This document shows, in pieces, positions 22,325 through 32,224 of a stretch of DNA of 64,000 nt. How positions within the stretch are numbered: position 1 is the stretch's first letter; every line of letters starts with the position of its first letter. The position numbers and the translations under genes are program-made. The stretch comes from an uncultured Pseudomonadota bacterium (lineage in GTDB: Bacteria; Pseudomonadota; Alphaproteobacteria; JACZXZ01). Where the stretch lies: contig CAVVLJ010000017.1 in the NCBI GenBank assembly GCA_963749075.1, positions 672,001 through 736,000 on the forward strand, written 5' to 3'. The notes under the pieces were generated by a model. The model did not search any database, had not been told where the DNA came from, and saw only the letters and a list, made by a program, of their open reading frames with translations.

Positions 22325-23172
22325 CACCTGTTCCTCAGCCGCGGGTTGAGCGCGTCGTTCAGGCCCTCGCCCACCAGGTTGATCGCCAGGACCGTGAGCA
22401 GGATGGCGATCCCGGGAAAGGTGCAGATCCACCAGGCGCTGCGCAGCACGGTGCGCCCGGCGCCGACCTGGAAGCCCCAGCTCATCACGTTGGGATCGCC
22501 GAGGCCCAGGAAGGCGAGCCCGGATTCGATGAGGATCGCGGTCGCCACCAGGAGCGAGGCGGTGACGATGAGGGGCGAGAGGCAATTGGGCAGGATCTGC
22601 GCGAACATGATGCGCATATCGCCCATGCCGAGGCTGATGCAGGACTGCACGTATTCGCGCCGGCGCATGGCCATGAACTCGCCGCGCGCCAGGCGCGCCA
22701 CGCCGGGCCAGGACACGATCGAGATGGCGATCACGGTGCTGGCGAGCGACGGGCTCATCACCGCCACCAGCACGATCGCGAAGATGAAGGAGGGAATGGT
22801 CTGGAAGATCTCGGTGAGCCGCATGAGGAGTGCATCGAGGCGGCCGCCGTAGAAGCCCGCGAGCCCGCCTAGAAGCGTGCCGAAGGCGACGGCCGCCGTG
22901 GTCGAGACGATGCCGATCATGAGCGAGGTGCGGGCGCCGTGGGCGATGCCGGCGCCCACGTCGCGCCCCAGCGTGTCGGTGCCGAAGAGGAAATCGCCGA
23001 AGGGGGGCGAGAGGGGCTTGCCCGCGAGTGCAAAGGGCGTCCCCGGATAAATGAGCGGCGCCGCGGCGGCGAGGAGGAGGATGGCCGCGAGGATGGCGAG
23101 GCCCAGGAGCCCTGCGCGGTTGCGCGCGAAGCGCCGTGCGAGCCCGCCGAAGGCTGCCGCGGCCCCGCTCAT
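22324..23172 (-). CDS. Peptide/nickel ABC transporter permease (DppC-like)
   Basis: FGTDTLGRD, GARTSL, ILPN, LAFLGLG; in the C-terminal part of ORF 22324..24165. Confidence 0.92.
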
Positions 23173-24143
23173 CCGAGCTCGATGCGCGGATCGAGAAAGC
23201 TGTAGACCACGTCGACCGCGAGATTGACCAGCACGACCATGCAGGCGGAGAGGAAGAAGATGCCGAAGAGCAGGTTGAGGTCGCGCGCGAAGAGCGATTC
23301 GAAGGCGAGCAGGCCCAGGCCCGGCCAGTCGAAGATGGTCTCGACGACGACCGAGCCGCCGATGAGGCCGCCCATCTGCACGCCGGCGATGGTGACGACG
23401 GGAAGGAGCGCGTTGCGCAGCACGTGGACGAAGGTGATGCGCCGCTCGCTCAAGCCCTTGGCGCGCGACGTCGTGACGTAGTCCATGCCCGCCTGCTCGA
23501 GGAGTGCCGCGCGCATGAGCCGCGTGTAGACCGCGAGATAGAAGAGCGAGAGCGTCACCGCCGGCAGCACGAGATGGCGGGCTATGTCGAGGACGCGGTC
23601 GGAGCCCTCGTAGAAGGCGCCGATCGTCTCCATGCCGCTCGTCGGCAGCCAGTCGAGACGGATGGCGAAGAGGATGATGAGCATGAGGCCGAGCCAGAAG
23701 AGCGGCGTCGCGTAGGAGACGAGGGCGAGGACCGAGATGAGGTTGTCGCGCCAGGTCCGCAAGCCCGTCGCAGCAAGCACGCCCAGGAGCGCGCCCAAGC
23801 CGACCGAGATGAGGAACGTCGTCGTCATGAGGAGGAGCGTCGGGCCGAGCCGGCCGAGGATGAGCGTTATGACCGGCATGTTGTGGCGGAACGAGGTGCC
23901 GAGGTCGAAGGAGAGGATCGCCCTGAGATAGTCGAAGAGCTGCACGTAGAGCGGGTGGTCGAGGCCGAACTTCGTGCGCAGCGCCGCCATGTACTCGGGC
24001 GTCGCCGAGCCCGCCTCGCCGGCGAGCACCGTCGCCGCGTCGCCCGGCGCCAGGTGGAGAAGGAAGAAGTTGAGCACGACGATGACGAGCACGGTCGGCA
24101 CCGCCTGGACGAGCCGCCGCAGCACGAAGAGGAGCCGCCTCAC
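23169..24143 (-). CDS. Peptide/nickel ABC transporter permease (DppB-like)
   Basis: APGD, GLD.PL..Q, DLGTS, RAKGL, HVLRNA, ETIFDWPGLG. Confidence 0.93.
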   Translation of the reverse strand: MRRLLFVLRRLVQAVPTVLVIVVLNFFLLHLAPGDAATVLAGEAGSATPEYMAALRTKFGLDHPLYVQLFDYLRAILSFDLGTSFRHNMPVITLILGRLGPTLLLMTTTFLISVGLGALLGVLAATGLRTWRDNLISVLALVSYATPLFWLGLMLIILFAIRLDWLPTSGMETIGAFYEGSDRVLDIARHLVLPAVTLSLFYLAVYTRLMRAALLEQAGMDYVTTSRAKGLSERRITFVHVLRNALLPVVTIAGVQMGGLIGGSVVVETIFDWPGLGLLAFESLFARDLNLLFGIFFLSACMVVLVNLAVDVVYSFLDPRIELG

Positions 24144-24186
24144 GGCGCCCGACGCCAGCCGCCATGGCGCCCGCGCGCCACGGCCC

Positions 24187-25794
24187 CTACTCCATCCACG
24201 CCCGATCGAAGGAGGCGTAGACGCCGAGCGGCGAGGTGATCACGTCGTGGAATTTCTTGTTGTAGATGTTGACGAACTGCATGTCGAAGAGCCACACGAT
24301 CGGCGAATCGTCGACCACGATCTTCTGGAACTGGTGGTAGAGCTGAGCACGCTTGGCGGGATCGGCCTCGACGGTCGCCAAGGCGAGGATACGGTCGACC
24401 TCGGGGTTGGCATAGTGGGTGTTGTTCACGAAGACCGTGCCGGGATGGACCATCGTGCTCAGGTACTGGCGGTGCACGCCCATCACCGGGTCGGCGAGGC
24501 CGTAGTAGAAGTCCGAGTCGATGTCGAAGTCGTAGGTCGTGAAGACGCGGCGGAGGAAGCTCGGCACGTCCTCGTAGCGCAGCGTCACGTCGATGCCGAT
24601 CTGGGCGAGCGCCTGCTTCACGTACTCGCCGAGGCGCTGCCAGGACTCGCCGTAGGGCAGGATGTCGTGGGTGATCTTGAAGCGCATGCCGTCGGCGCCG
24701 CGCTTGAGGCCGGCGTCGTCGAGCAGCTTGTTGGCGATTGTCAAGCGGTCGGGCACGTCGAAGTGCCGCACGTCCGTCGTATAGAGCCCGGCCTTCTCGA
24801 AACCGACGTGGAGCGGGCCCACGGCCGGCACGCCGAAGCCGTACCAGATGTTGTCGACGATGAACTTGCGGTCGATCGCGTAGGCGATGGCCTGGCGCAC
24901 CTCCTTCTTGTCGAGCGGCGGGTGCTGGCTGTTGATCTCCATCATCGCGACCGAGTTGATGAACTCGTAGCCCTGGGTCGTGACGGCGATATAGGGAAGT
25001 GCCGAGAGCCGCTTCACGTCGACGAAGGGAATGGCGTCGAAGGCGGCGAAATGCACCTCCTGGTTCTCCATGGCGGCGGTGCGCGTCGAGGCGTCGGGCA
25101 CGAAGCGGGCGACGATGCGGTCGAGGTAGGGCAGGCCCTTCTTCCAATAGTCGGGGTTCTTGTCGAGGCGGATGTACTGGCCCTTCTTCCACTCGACGAA
25201 CTTGAACGGTCCGGTGCCGACGGGCGCGTCGGCGGTCGGGTTGCTGCGCGGGTCGGTGTTCTCGAAGAGATGCTTGGCCACGATCGGCAATTCGTAGCCG
25301 GAGAGCGCCTTCATGATATAGGGCGCGGGCTCGCTCAGCTTGAAGACGGCCGTATAGGGGTCGGGCGTCTCAACCGCCTGGAGCGCCTTGAAGGTGACGG
25401 CCGCGCGCGGATGCACCTTCTTCAGCACCTCCATGATCGAGTACTGCACGTCGGCGCTGGTGAAGGGCGTGCCGTCGTGGAACTTGACCCCGTGGCGCAG
25501 CTTGAAGGTGATGGTCTTGCCGTCGGCGGCGACCGCCCAGGATTCGGCGAGGCTCGGCTGCGCCTCGAGCGCCAGATTGTACTCGAGCAGCCCGTCGTAG
25601 ATCTTGGCGGTCACCTGCGCGATCGGCCCGGCGGTCGAGAGATAGGAGGCGAGCGTCGGCGGCTCGGGCTGCACCATCATGATGAGCGTGCCGCCCGACT
25701 TCTGCGCCTCGGCCGAGGGCACCGCCAGCATGAGCGCGGCGAACGCCGCCGCGATTGCCGCAAGGCGCCTCGCGGCGCCCGATCGTCCTCTCAT
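24187..25794 (-). CDS. Family 5 ABC substrate-binding protein
   Basis: Signal peptide, LAESW, FKLRHGVKFHDG, GTGPFK, VRQAIAYAIDR. Confidence 0.93.
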   Translation of the reverse strand: MRGRSGAARRLAAIAAAFAALMLAVPSAEAQKSGGTLIMMVQPEPPTLASYLSTAGPIAQVTAKIYDGLLEYNLALEAQPSLAESWAVAADGKTITFKLRHGVKFHDGTPFTSADVQYSIMEVLKKVHPRAAVTFKALQAVETPDPYTAVFKLSEPAPYIMKALSGYELPIVAKHLFENTDPRSNPTADAPVGTGPFKFVEWKKGQYIRLDKNPDYWKKGLPYLDRIVARFVPDASTRTAAMENQEVHFAAFDAIPFVDVKRLSALPYIAVTTQGYEFINSVAMMEINSQHPPLDKKEVRQAIAYAIDRKFIVDNIWYGFGVPAVGPLHVGFEKAGLYTTDVRHFDVPDRLTIANKLLDDAGLKRGADGMRFKITHDILPYGESWQRLGEYVKQALAQIGIDVTLRYEDVPSFLRRVFTTYDFDIDSDFYYGLADPVMGVHRQYLSTMVHPGTVFVNNTHYANPEVDRILALATVEADPAKRAQLYHQFQKIVVDDSPIVWLFDMQFVNIYNKKFHDVITSPLGVYASFDRAWME

Positions 25795-25876
25795 GACCCG
25801 TCCCCCGTTTGTTGCGCGAGCATCCCTGCCGCCGGTCCGAGAGGCCGGCCGTTTCGCTTACGATGCAACAGAACTT

Positions 25877-25891
25877 TGTCGCAGTGCAACA
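25877..25891. promoter_or_regulatory. Candidate operator palindrome upstream of the ABC operon
   Basis: TGTCGCA-G-TGCAACA (7-1-7, one mismatch) in an AT-richer patch about 85 bp upstream of the SBP start. Confidence 0.35.
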
Positions 25892-25930
25892 TAATTGCGA
25901 GGAGTGGGCCCGCTGCGACGCCGGCGCGCG

Positions 25931-27481
25931 CTAGCCCGCCTTCCAGAAGGGCTTGAGCTCGGCGAAGCCGTGCCACAAGGCCTGCAGGCGCCTGCGGTCG
26001 CTCTTCACCGCGGCAAGGCACCAGCCCTCGAGGCGGCCGATCGCACGCACCGCCTCAGGGCCGGCGTCGGCCTCGAGCTGGGGAATGAGGTCGTGCGCCA
26101 CGAGCGCGTCGTTCGCGGCACCCAGCACGTCCTGCAGCTCCTTGAGCGAGGCGACGTAGCGTTTGGCCGTCTTGTCCGTGTAGAGGTTGCGGAAGAACTC
26201 GACGGCATAGCGCAGCTTCTTGACCCGGATGCGGAAGCGGTGGAGGTGCTGCTCGTCGAGCTTGCGCAGCTTGGCGCCGAGCTTGTGCACCTTGGCGTGG
26301 CGCGCGCGCAGGACCTCCGCGGAGAAGCCGAGGATGGGCCGCCGGTCGAGGAGCTCCGCCGAGGCCCGCCCGGCCTCGCCGCCCGCGGCGCGCACCAGGC
26401 CGCGGTCGACCCAGGCCTCGAGCTGGAGGAGGAGGTCGGTGTAGCGCCGGTCGCCGAGTGCCGCGCGGGCGCGCACGTAGGCCGCGGCGCGCGCGGTCTC
26501 CGCGGCCTCGCTCACGGGCCTGAGGCTGTCGCCGTCGTCCAGCCGTTTGCCGAGCGCCTTGAGCGTGCCGTCGATGAAGACGTCCCATTCGCGCGCCGGG
26601 CCGAGCTCCTGCTGAAGCCAGCGCAGCTGGCCGGCAAGGGTCTTGCGCTCGCGCTCGGGAAGTGCCGCGCCGAAGACCGAGAGGGCCGCGCGCAGACGCC
26701 GCAAGCCGACGCGCAGCTGATGCACCCCCTCGGGATCCTTGCCGTGGTGCGCGCAGTCGACATTGCCGACGATATGGACGAGGCAGGCGCGCGCCGTCGC
26801 GGCAAAGGCCTGGCGCACGCTCATGGTGCCGTCGAGCGCCACCTGCACGGCCTTGCGCGGCGCCGGCTCGGCGCCGCTCGCGAGGCAATAGCCGCGCTCG
26901 GCCTTGCTCACGGGCTCGATGCGCAGCGGCACCGCGGCATTGAGCTGGCGGGCGAGCTGGAAGAGACGCTGGGGTGCCCCCGACTTGAGCTCGAGCTCGA
27001 CCTCGCACACGGGGGTGCTCTTGCCGTTCGCCTTGATCTCGCCCACATCGAGCGCGCACTCGATCTTGCTCGTGCCCATGCGCAGCGGCCAGACCTGGCG
27101 CCGCACGTCGGTCACGAAAACGGGGCCGAGCTCGCCGCGCTCGCTAAGGGGCGAGATGAGCCGGCGCAGCTCGGGGTCCTCGAGCGCCGAGAGGTCGGGC
27201 CGATCGCCCTCGATGCTGCGCTCCCACTCCCGGCGCGCGAGCGGGCTCTTGCCCGCCTCCGCCTCGCGCTTGATCGACTGGATGCGCTCGTGCCCGATCT
27301 GGCGCACCCTCAGCGCCACCGCCTTGTGGCGGAGCTCGAAACGCGGCGTGTCGTAATAGGTGCTGACGAGATGGCTCGTCGAACCCCGCCGCTCCTTGAG
27401 CGCGCGGAGAATCGGATGCCGGCGGAAGCGCTCGACATCCTCCGGTGCCACCGCGAGCTTGAGTTCGAATTCCTCGCCCAT
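25931..27481 (-). CDS. CYTH + CHAD domain protein (inorganic triphosphatase YgiF-like)
   Basis: EFELKL, YYDTP, ALRVR, EVELELK, SKAERG (CYTH); VHQLRVGLRRLR, H..RI..KKLRY..EF, LQD.LG..ND (CHAD). Confidence 0.92.
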   Translation of the reverse strand: MGEEFELKLAVAPEDVERFRRHPILRALKERRGSTSHLVSTYYDTPRFELRHKAVALRVRQIGHERIQSIKREAEAGKSPLARREWERSIEGDRPDLSALEDPELRRLISPLSERGELGPVFVTDVRRQVWPLRMGTSKIECALDVGEIKANGKSTPVCEVELELKSGAPQRLFQLARQLNAAVPLRIEPVSKAERGYCLASGAEPAPRKAVQVALDGTMSVRQAFAATARACLVHIVGNVDCAHHGKDPEGVHQLRVGLRRLRAALSVFGAALPERERKTLAGQLRWLQQELGPAREWDVFIDGTLKALGKRLDDGDSLRPVSEAAETARAAAYVRARAALGDRRYTDLLLQLEAWVDRGLVRAAGGEAGRASAELLDRRPILGFSAEVLRARHAKVHKLGAKLRKLDEQHLHRFRIRVKKLRYAVEFFRNLYTDKTAKRYVASLKELQDVLGAANDALVAHDLIPQLEADAGPEAVRAIGRLEGWCLAAVKSDRRRLQALWHGFAELKPFWKAG

Positions 27482-27657
27482 TCCGGCTCCGGCGCGGTTT
27501 CCCCCTCCGCGCTCATCATTTCCCCGATAAGACCGTCCAACCCATGCCCGCCCGGCCCGCCGACTCTACCCGAGGAGGCCCTGGCCGCACAATCGCCTCA
27601 TGGTTGCAGCCCATTGAGGTCCTCTCCAAAAAGGAGCAACGGTGCCGAATCAAGGCC

Positions 27658-28437
27658 TTAGAGGGTCCCCGGGAAGGCGCCGCCGTCGAGGAGGAAGTTC
27701 TGGCCGGTGATGAAGCTGGCCTGGGCGCTGCACAGGTAGGCGCAGGCGTCGCCGAATTCGGCCGGAATGCCGATGCGCCCCGAGGGGTTGGCCGCCTTGA
27801 CGCCGGTCAAGTGATCCTCGAAGGATTTGCCCAGCTTTTCCGCCTGGAAGCGGATGTTCTCGCGCAGCCGGTCGGTTTCGAAATGGCCGGGCAGCAGATT
27901 ATTGATGGTGACGTTCGCCTTGACCGTGGTGCGCGAGAGGCCGGCGATGAAGCCGGTCAGTCCCGCGCGCGCGCCGTTGGAGAGGCCGAGGTTCCAGATC
28001 GGCGACTTCACGGCGGCTGAGGTGATGTTGACGATGCGGCCGAAGCGCCGCGCCATCATGCCGTCGACGATCGCTTTGATGAGGAGGATCGGCGTCACCA
28101 TGTTGTTGTTGAGCGCCTTGAACCACGCCTCCTCGCCCCACTCGCGGAAGTCGCCGGGGGGCGGGCCGCCCGCGTTGTTGACGAGGATGTCGGGCTCCGG
28201 GCAGGCCGCCAACGCGGCGCGCCGGCCCTCCTCGCTGGTGATGTCGCAGGCGACCGCAGTCACTTTGCCGCCGGTCGCCTTGCGGATTTCCGCGGCGGCC
28301 GCTTCCAGCACGCCCTCGGTGCGCGCGGCGATGGTGACCGCAACACCCTCGCGCGCAAGCGAGAAGGCGCAGGCCTTGCCAAGGCCCTTGCTCGCGGCGC
28401 AGACGAGCGCCCTCTTGCCGGCAATTCCGAGATCCAT
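27658..28437 (-). CDS. SDR family oxidoreductase
   Basis: MDLGIAGKRALVCAASKGLG, ILVNNAGGPPPG, GRIVNITS, NNLLPG. Confidence 0.9.
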   Translation of the reverse strand: MDLGIAGKRALVCAASKGLGKACAFSLAREGVAVTIAARTEGVLEAAAAEIRKATGGKVTAVACDITSEEGRRAALAACPEPDILVNNAGGPPPGDFREWGEEAWFKALNNNMVTPILLIKAIVDGMMARRFGRIVNITSAAVKSPIWNLGLSNGARAGLTGFIAGLSRTTVKANVTINNLLPGHFETDRLRENIRFQAEKLGKSFEDHLTGVKAANPSGRIGIPAEFGDACAYLCSAQASFITGQNFLLDGGAFPGTL

Positions 28438-28468
28438 GGTCTCCTCCTGTGAAAATCTAGCCTGCGTG

Positions 28469-29152
28469 TCAACCAGGCGATCGCTCGAGGCGCTCCAGCA
28501 CCGCGCGCGCGAGCGGAACGGTGACGGGCCGCCCTGCCGCAAGCGCCGCCCCGTCGAGGGCCGCCACCAGGCGCGCGGCCGCCGCGAACGAGCGCTCCAT
28601 GCGGCTTACGAGATAGGCGATGAGCTCGGCGCCGACGCGGAGCTGACGGTCGGCGAAGAGCTTGACGAGGACGGCCGAGAGCAGCGCGTCGTCGGGCGGC
28701 GCCACGGCGACCGCCGGAGCCGCCAAGAGGCGCGAGGCGAGATCGGCGAGGCGGAGGTGCCAGCGCGCCGGCGGCTCGCGCGCGGTCAGCAGCAAGTGCC
28801 CGCGGCGCTCGGCCAGCATGTTGTAGAGATGGAGGAGAGCCTCCTCCTCGACGCCGCGGTCCGCGTCCTCGACGATGGCGGCGCGGGCGGCGCCGAGGCG
28901 CTCGCCGAGAGCGGCCACCGCGAGGCCTTGCGGCGGGAGCTCGAGGGCGTCCGCATGGCGGCGCCAAACTTGAGCAAGATGGCTCTTGCCGCAGCCGGCG
29001 GGGCCGTGGACGGTCAGCGCCGGCGCCGGCCAGTCGGGCCAGCGGTCGAGCCACAGCACGGCCTCGGCATTCGAGGGGGCCACGAGGAAGTCCTCGCGCC
29101 CGTAGGCGGGACGATGGCCGAGGTCGAGGGCGAGCTGTGCCACGGCGGTCAC
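28469..29152 (-). CDS. hdaA: DnaA regulatory inactivator Hda
   Basis: QLALDL clamp motif, REDFLV...N, GPAGCGKSHL, DLASRL, KLFADRQL, RMERS; GTG start. Confidence 0.88.
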   Translation of the reverse strand: MTAVAQLALDLGHRPAYGREDFLVAPSNAEAVLWLDRWPDWPAPALTVHGPAGCGKSHLAQVWRRHADALELPPQGLAVAALGERLGAARAAIVEDADRGVEEEALLHLYNMLAERRGHLLLTAREPPARWHLRLADLASRLLAAPAVAVAPPDDALLSAVLVKLFADRQLRVGAELIAYLVSRMERSFAAAARLVAALDGAALAAGRPVTVPLARAVLERLERSPG

Positions 29153-30247
29153 GCAGCACCCGGACCGCCGTCCGGGTGCGTGCCGCCGCCCTTGTAGACC
29201 GGGCTCTCGAGGTAGCGCTTGAGGGCGAAGCGGGCGAGGACGCCGATGGCCGCCGCCGCCGGGATCGCCAGCAGCACGCCCACGAAGCCGAGAAGGGCGC
29301 CGCCCGCGAGGAGCGCAAAGATGATCCACACCGGGTGCAGCCCGACGCGGTCGCCGATGAGCTTGGGCGAGAGGAAGTTCGCCTCGATCAGGTGGCCGAG
29401 AAGGAAGACGGCGGCGGTGGCCGCGACCCAGCGCCAGTCGGAGAATTGCAGCAGGGCAAGGCCGATGCTCACCACGAAGCCGCCGATCGTGCCGACGAAA
29501 GGGACGACGGAGAGGATACCGGCGGCAATCCCGACGACGAGGCCGAAGTCGAGGCCGACGATCGACAGTCCGATCGCGTAGAAGCTGCCGAGGAAGAGGC
29601 AGACGATCGCCTGGCCGCGGGCGAAACCGGCGAGCGAGTCGTCGATCTCGCGCACGACCGAGCGGATCGCCTCGGCATGCTCGCGGGGCAGCCAGCCGTC
29701 GACGCGCCTGACCAGCTTCTCCCAGTCGCGCAGCAGGTAGAAGGTGACCACCGGCGTGATGACGATCAGCGAGATGAGATTGACGAGCGCCAGCCCGCCG
29801 CTCCACACGCTGGAGAGGAGCGAGCCGAGCCAGCTCACCAGCCGCGAGGAGAACTCGCCGAAGGCGGCGCGCAGGCGCTGGGCGTCCTCCGGATCGATGC
29901 GCATCTCGACGCGCTGGACCCAAAGGGTGGCGCTGTCGCGCAGGACGTTCGAGATAGTGCGGCAGCCGCGCCGCGAGGTTGGCGATCTGCGCCTGGACGG
30001 CGGGCACCAGGAGAAAGAGGGCGAGCGCCACGAGGAGCGCGAAGGCGGCGGTGATGATGGCGGTCGCGAGCGTGCGCGAGGCGCCCCAGCGCTCGAGCCG
30101 GTCGACCACCGGATCGAGCATGTAGGCGACCGCCATGCCGGCCACGAAGGGCAGCAGCACGCCCCGCAGCAGGTAGAGCGCCAAGGCGGCGGCGACGAAG
30201 CCGGTCAGCCAGAAGCGCAGCTCGCGCACGGGGCTTTGCAGCGCCAT
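29149..30247 (-). CDS. AI-2E family transporter (PerM-like) with one +1 frameshift near 29947 (possible sequencing error)
   Basis: N-half MALQSP..LLPFVAG..AY.LDP.VD in one frame; C-half TPVVTFYLLRDW, RGQ, PKLIGDRVGLHP in another; span is 3n+1. Confidence 0.85.
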
Positions 30248-30891
30248 CAGGCGCCCTCGATGTCGGCGGCGCGGCGCGCCCACGACACCACGTAGGCGGC
30301 ACCCGAGAGTGCGGTCGTCGCGGCGACGAGATAGATGAGCGCCGCCACGAGCCGGACGTGATTGATGCCGAGCCCGAGCTCGGCCAGCACGTAGGCCGGC
30401 AGCACGAATTGCGCGACGGTGTTGAGCTTGCTGATCATGAGCGGCCGCATCTTGAGCTTGCCGGTCAGCGTATGGACGAGGAGTGCTCCGCCGACGATCA
30501 GGAGGTCGCGGAAAACGACGAGGATGACGAGCCAGTTCGGCAGCTGATGCAGGTAGCCCAAGACGACGAAGACGCCGACGAGGAGCGCCTTGTCGGCCAG
30601 CGGGTCGAGGTAGCCGCCGACGAACGTCCGCGCGTGGAAGCGCCTGGCGACGAAGCCGTCGAGCGCGTCCGACAGGCCCGCCACCACGAAGATCCAGAAG
30701 GCCCACACCCAGGCCTCGTTGAGGATGACGTAGACGGCGAGCGGCGAGGCGAAGAGGCGTGCGAGCGTGATCAGATTGGGCAGATTGACGACCGCGCGAC
30801 CGCGCGGCGTCGCTTTCGCGGGCGGCTCGCTGGGCTCCGCTCGGGCGGCGGCACCGCGCTCTCGCCGAAGCAGCTCGTGCGTATCGTCCAT
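30247..30891 (-). CDS. CDP-alcohol phosphatidyltransferase
   Basis: NLPNLITLAR, SDALDGFVAR, GGYLDPLADK. Confidence 0.92.
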   Translation of the reverse strand: MDDTHELLRRERGAAARAEPSEPPAKATPRGRAVVNLPNLITLARLFASPLAVYVILNEAWVWAFWIFVVAGLSDALDGFVARRFHARTFVGGYLDPLADKALLVGVFVVLGYLHQLPNWLVILVVFRDLLIVGGALLVHTLTGKLKMRPLMISKLNTVAQFVLPAYVLAELGLGINHVRLVAALIYLVAATTALSGAAYVVSWARRAADIEGA

Positions 30892-30916
30892 GCCTCGTTG
30901 CGGGCACGCGACTGGC

Positions 30917-32140
30917 TCATTCGGTCGCGGCACCCGTCCCCTTGCCGGTATCGCCCGCCGGCGCGGCGCCACTCGGAGCCGCACCCGCCTCGCCGCCGGG
31001 CCCCGCGGCACTTCCCGTGCCGCTCCCTGCGGGTGCGGCGCTGCCGGCGAGGCGCAGCTCTAGTGCCTCGCCCTCCTCCGTCAAGACCAGGTCGTGCTGG
31101 GCGAGCGCCAGCTTGAGCTGCGCCAGGGCGCCGAGATAGTGCACATCGACGCGCGCCTCGCTGCGCGAGAGATAGACGAGCATCGCCTGCTTGATGCTCG
31201 CGATCTGATCGAGCCGGCCGCGCAGCTTGACCCACTCCGCGAGGTCGGCGATCGGCACCGTCACCAGGGCTTCCTGGGCGTCGTCGAAGCGCAGCAGATT
31301 CTCTTCCTTCCAGTGCTCGCTCGCCGTGGTCTCGACCTGATCCGCCGCGCGCGCCATGAGCGCATCCAGCGTCTCGCCCGGCTTTGCCGGCACGCTCGAG
31401 ACGACGAGCGGCGTGTCGCTGCCCGTGCCGTAGCGGCTCGCGGCAAGGTCGAGGGCGCCCGGGCTGCCGTCGGGTTTGGCATGCAGCGTGGCGATCAGCA
31501 CGAGCACGCTCCCCGCGTCGTAACGGGTCTCGATGGCGCCGATCTTCTGGGCGTCGCCGCTCGCCGCCGCCTGCGCGCCGATATCGGCGATGTCGTTGAT
31601 GTCGCCGACCGGGCTGATGAAGGGCACGAGCCCGTCCGCCGGCGGCAGGCTGGCCCAGGCCGCGCGCCAGGGGTTGGGATCCTCCCAGAGCGCCAGCGTA
31701 TCGCCCGTGCGCATGACCGGCAGCACGAGGACGGGCTTGCTCGGCGTCTCGGCAAAGGCGACGCCGGCATCGCGCAGCAGCTGCTCGACTGCCGCCGGCT
31801 TGAAGCGATAGGTGAGCTTCGCGATGTAGCGCACGGGGGAATGCTTCTCCTCCTGCACCTCGAAGCCCTCGGTCAAGTCGGCGAGCGCCGCGTCGCCCAC
31901 CTTGGGGAGCTGCCGCAGGCTGTCCTTGGAGGCGAGGCGCGCGAGGAGCCGGTTGAAGGCCAGGCGCTGGCCGGTCGCGAGCGCCTTGTCGCGCGCCGCC
32001 GCCGCGGTCGCCGCGGTGGCATCGAGGGCCACGTCGCGCACCGCGAAGACGTCGCTCCTCTGCTCGGCGGCAGCGGCGCCGGCCACCAGCAACAGGAGCA
32101 GCGCAAGGACGGCGAGCGGGCGGCCGGGAAGCTGCAACAT
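30917..32140 (-). CDS. DUF2066-like exported protein
   Basis: Signal peptide, D.TA..A..AR..A, EK.S..RY...L...F, LWED.NPWR.AW; usual position divergent from purM. Confidence 0.7.
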   Translation of the reverse strand: MLQLPGRPLAVLALLLLLVAGAAAAEQRSDVFAVRDVALDATAATAAAARDKALATGQRLAFNRLLARLASKDSLRQLPKVGDAALADLTEGFEVQEEKHSPVRYIAKLTYRFKPAAVEQLLRDAGVAFAETPSKPVLVLPVMRTGDTLALWEDPNPWRAAWASLPPADGLVPFISPVGDINDIADIGAQAAASGDAQKIGAIETRYDAGSVLVLIATLHAKPDGSPGALDLAASRYGTGSDTPLVVSSVPAKPGETLDALMARAADQVETTASEHWKEENLLRFDDAQEALVTVPIADLAEWVKLRGRLDQIASIKQAMLVYLSRSEARVDVHYLGALAQLKLALAQHDLVLTEEGEALELRLAGSAAPAGSGTGSAAGPGGEAGAAPSGAAPAGDTGKGTGAATE

Positions 32141-32224
32141 TGCAAACGGTTCCGGATCAAGTATTGTCGGCAAGGGGCTCTTTGGCATCGAGGTTATACC
32201 CCCTCTCATCCGAGCGAGGAAGCC

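Noticed and set aside
28469-30907. Apparent 812-aa fusion of an AI-2E N-terminus with HdaA
   Set aside because: Produced by the +1 frameshift in the AI-2E gene plus open-frame read-through; hdaA has its own GTG start overlapping the AI-2E stop
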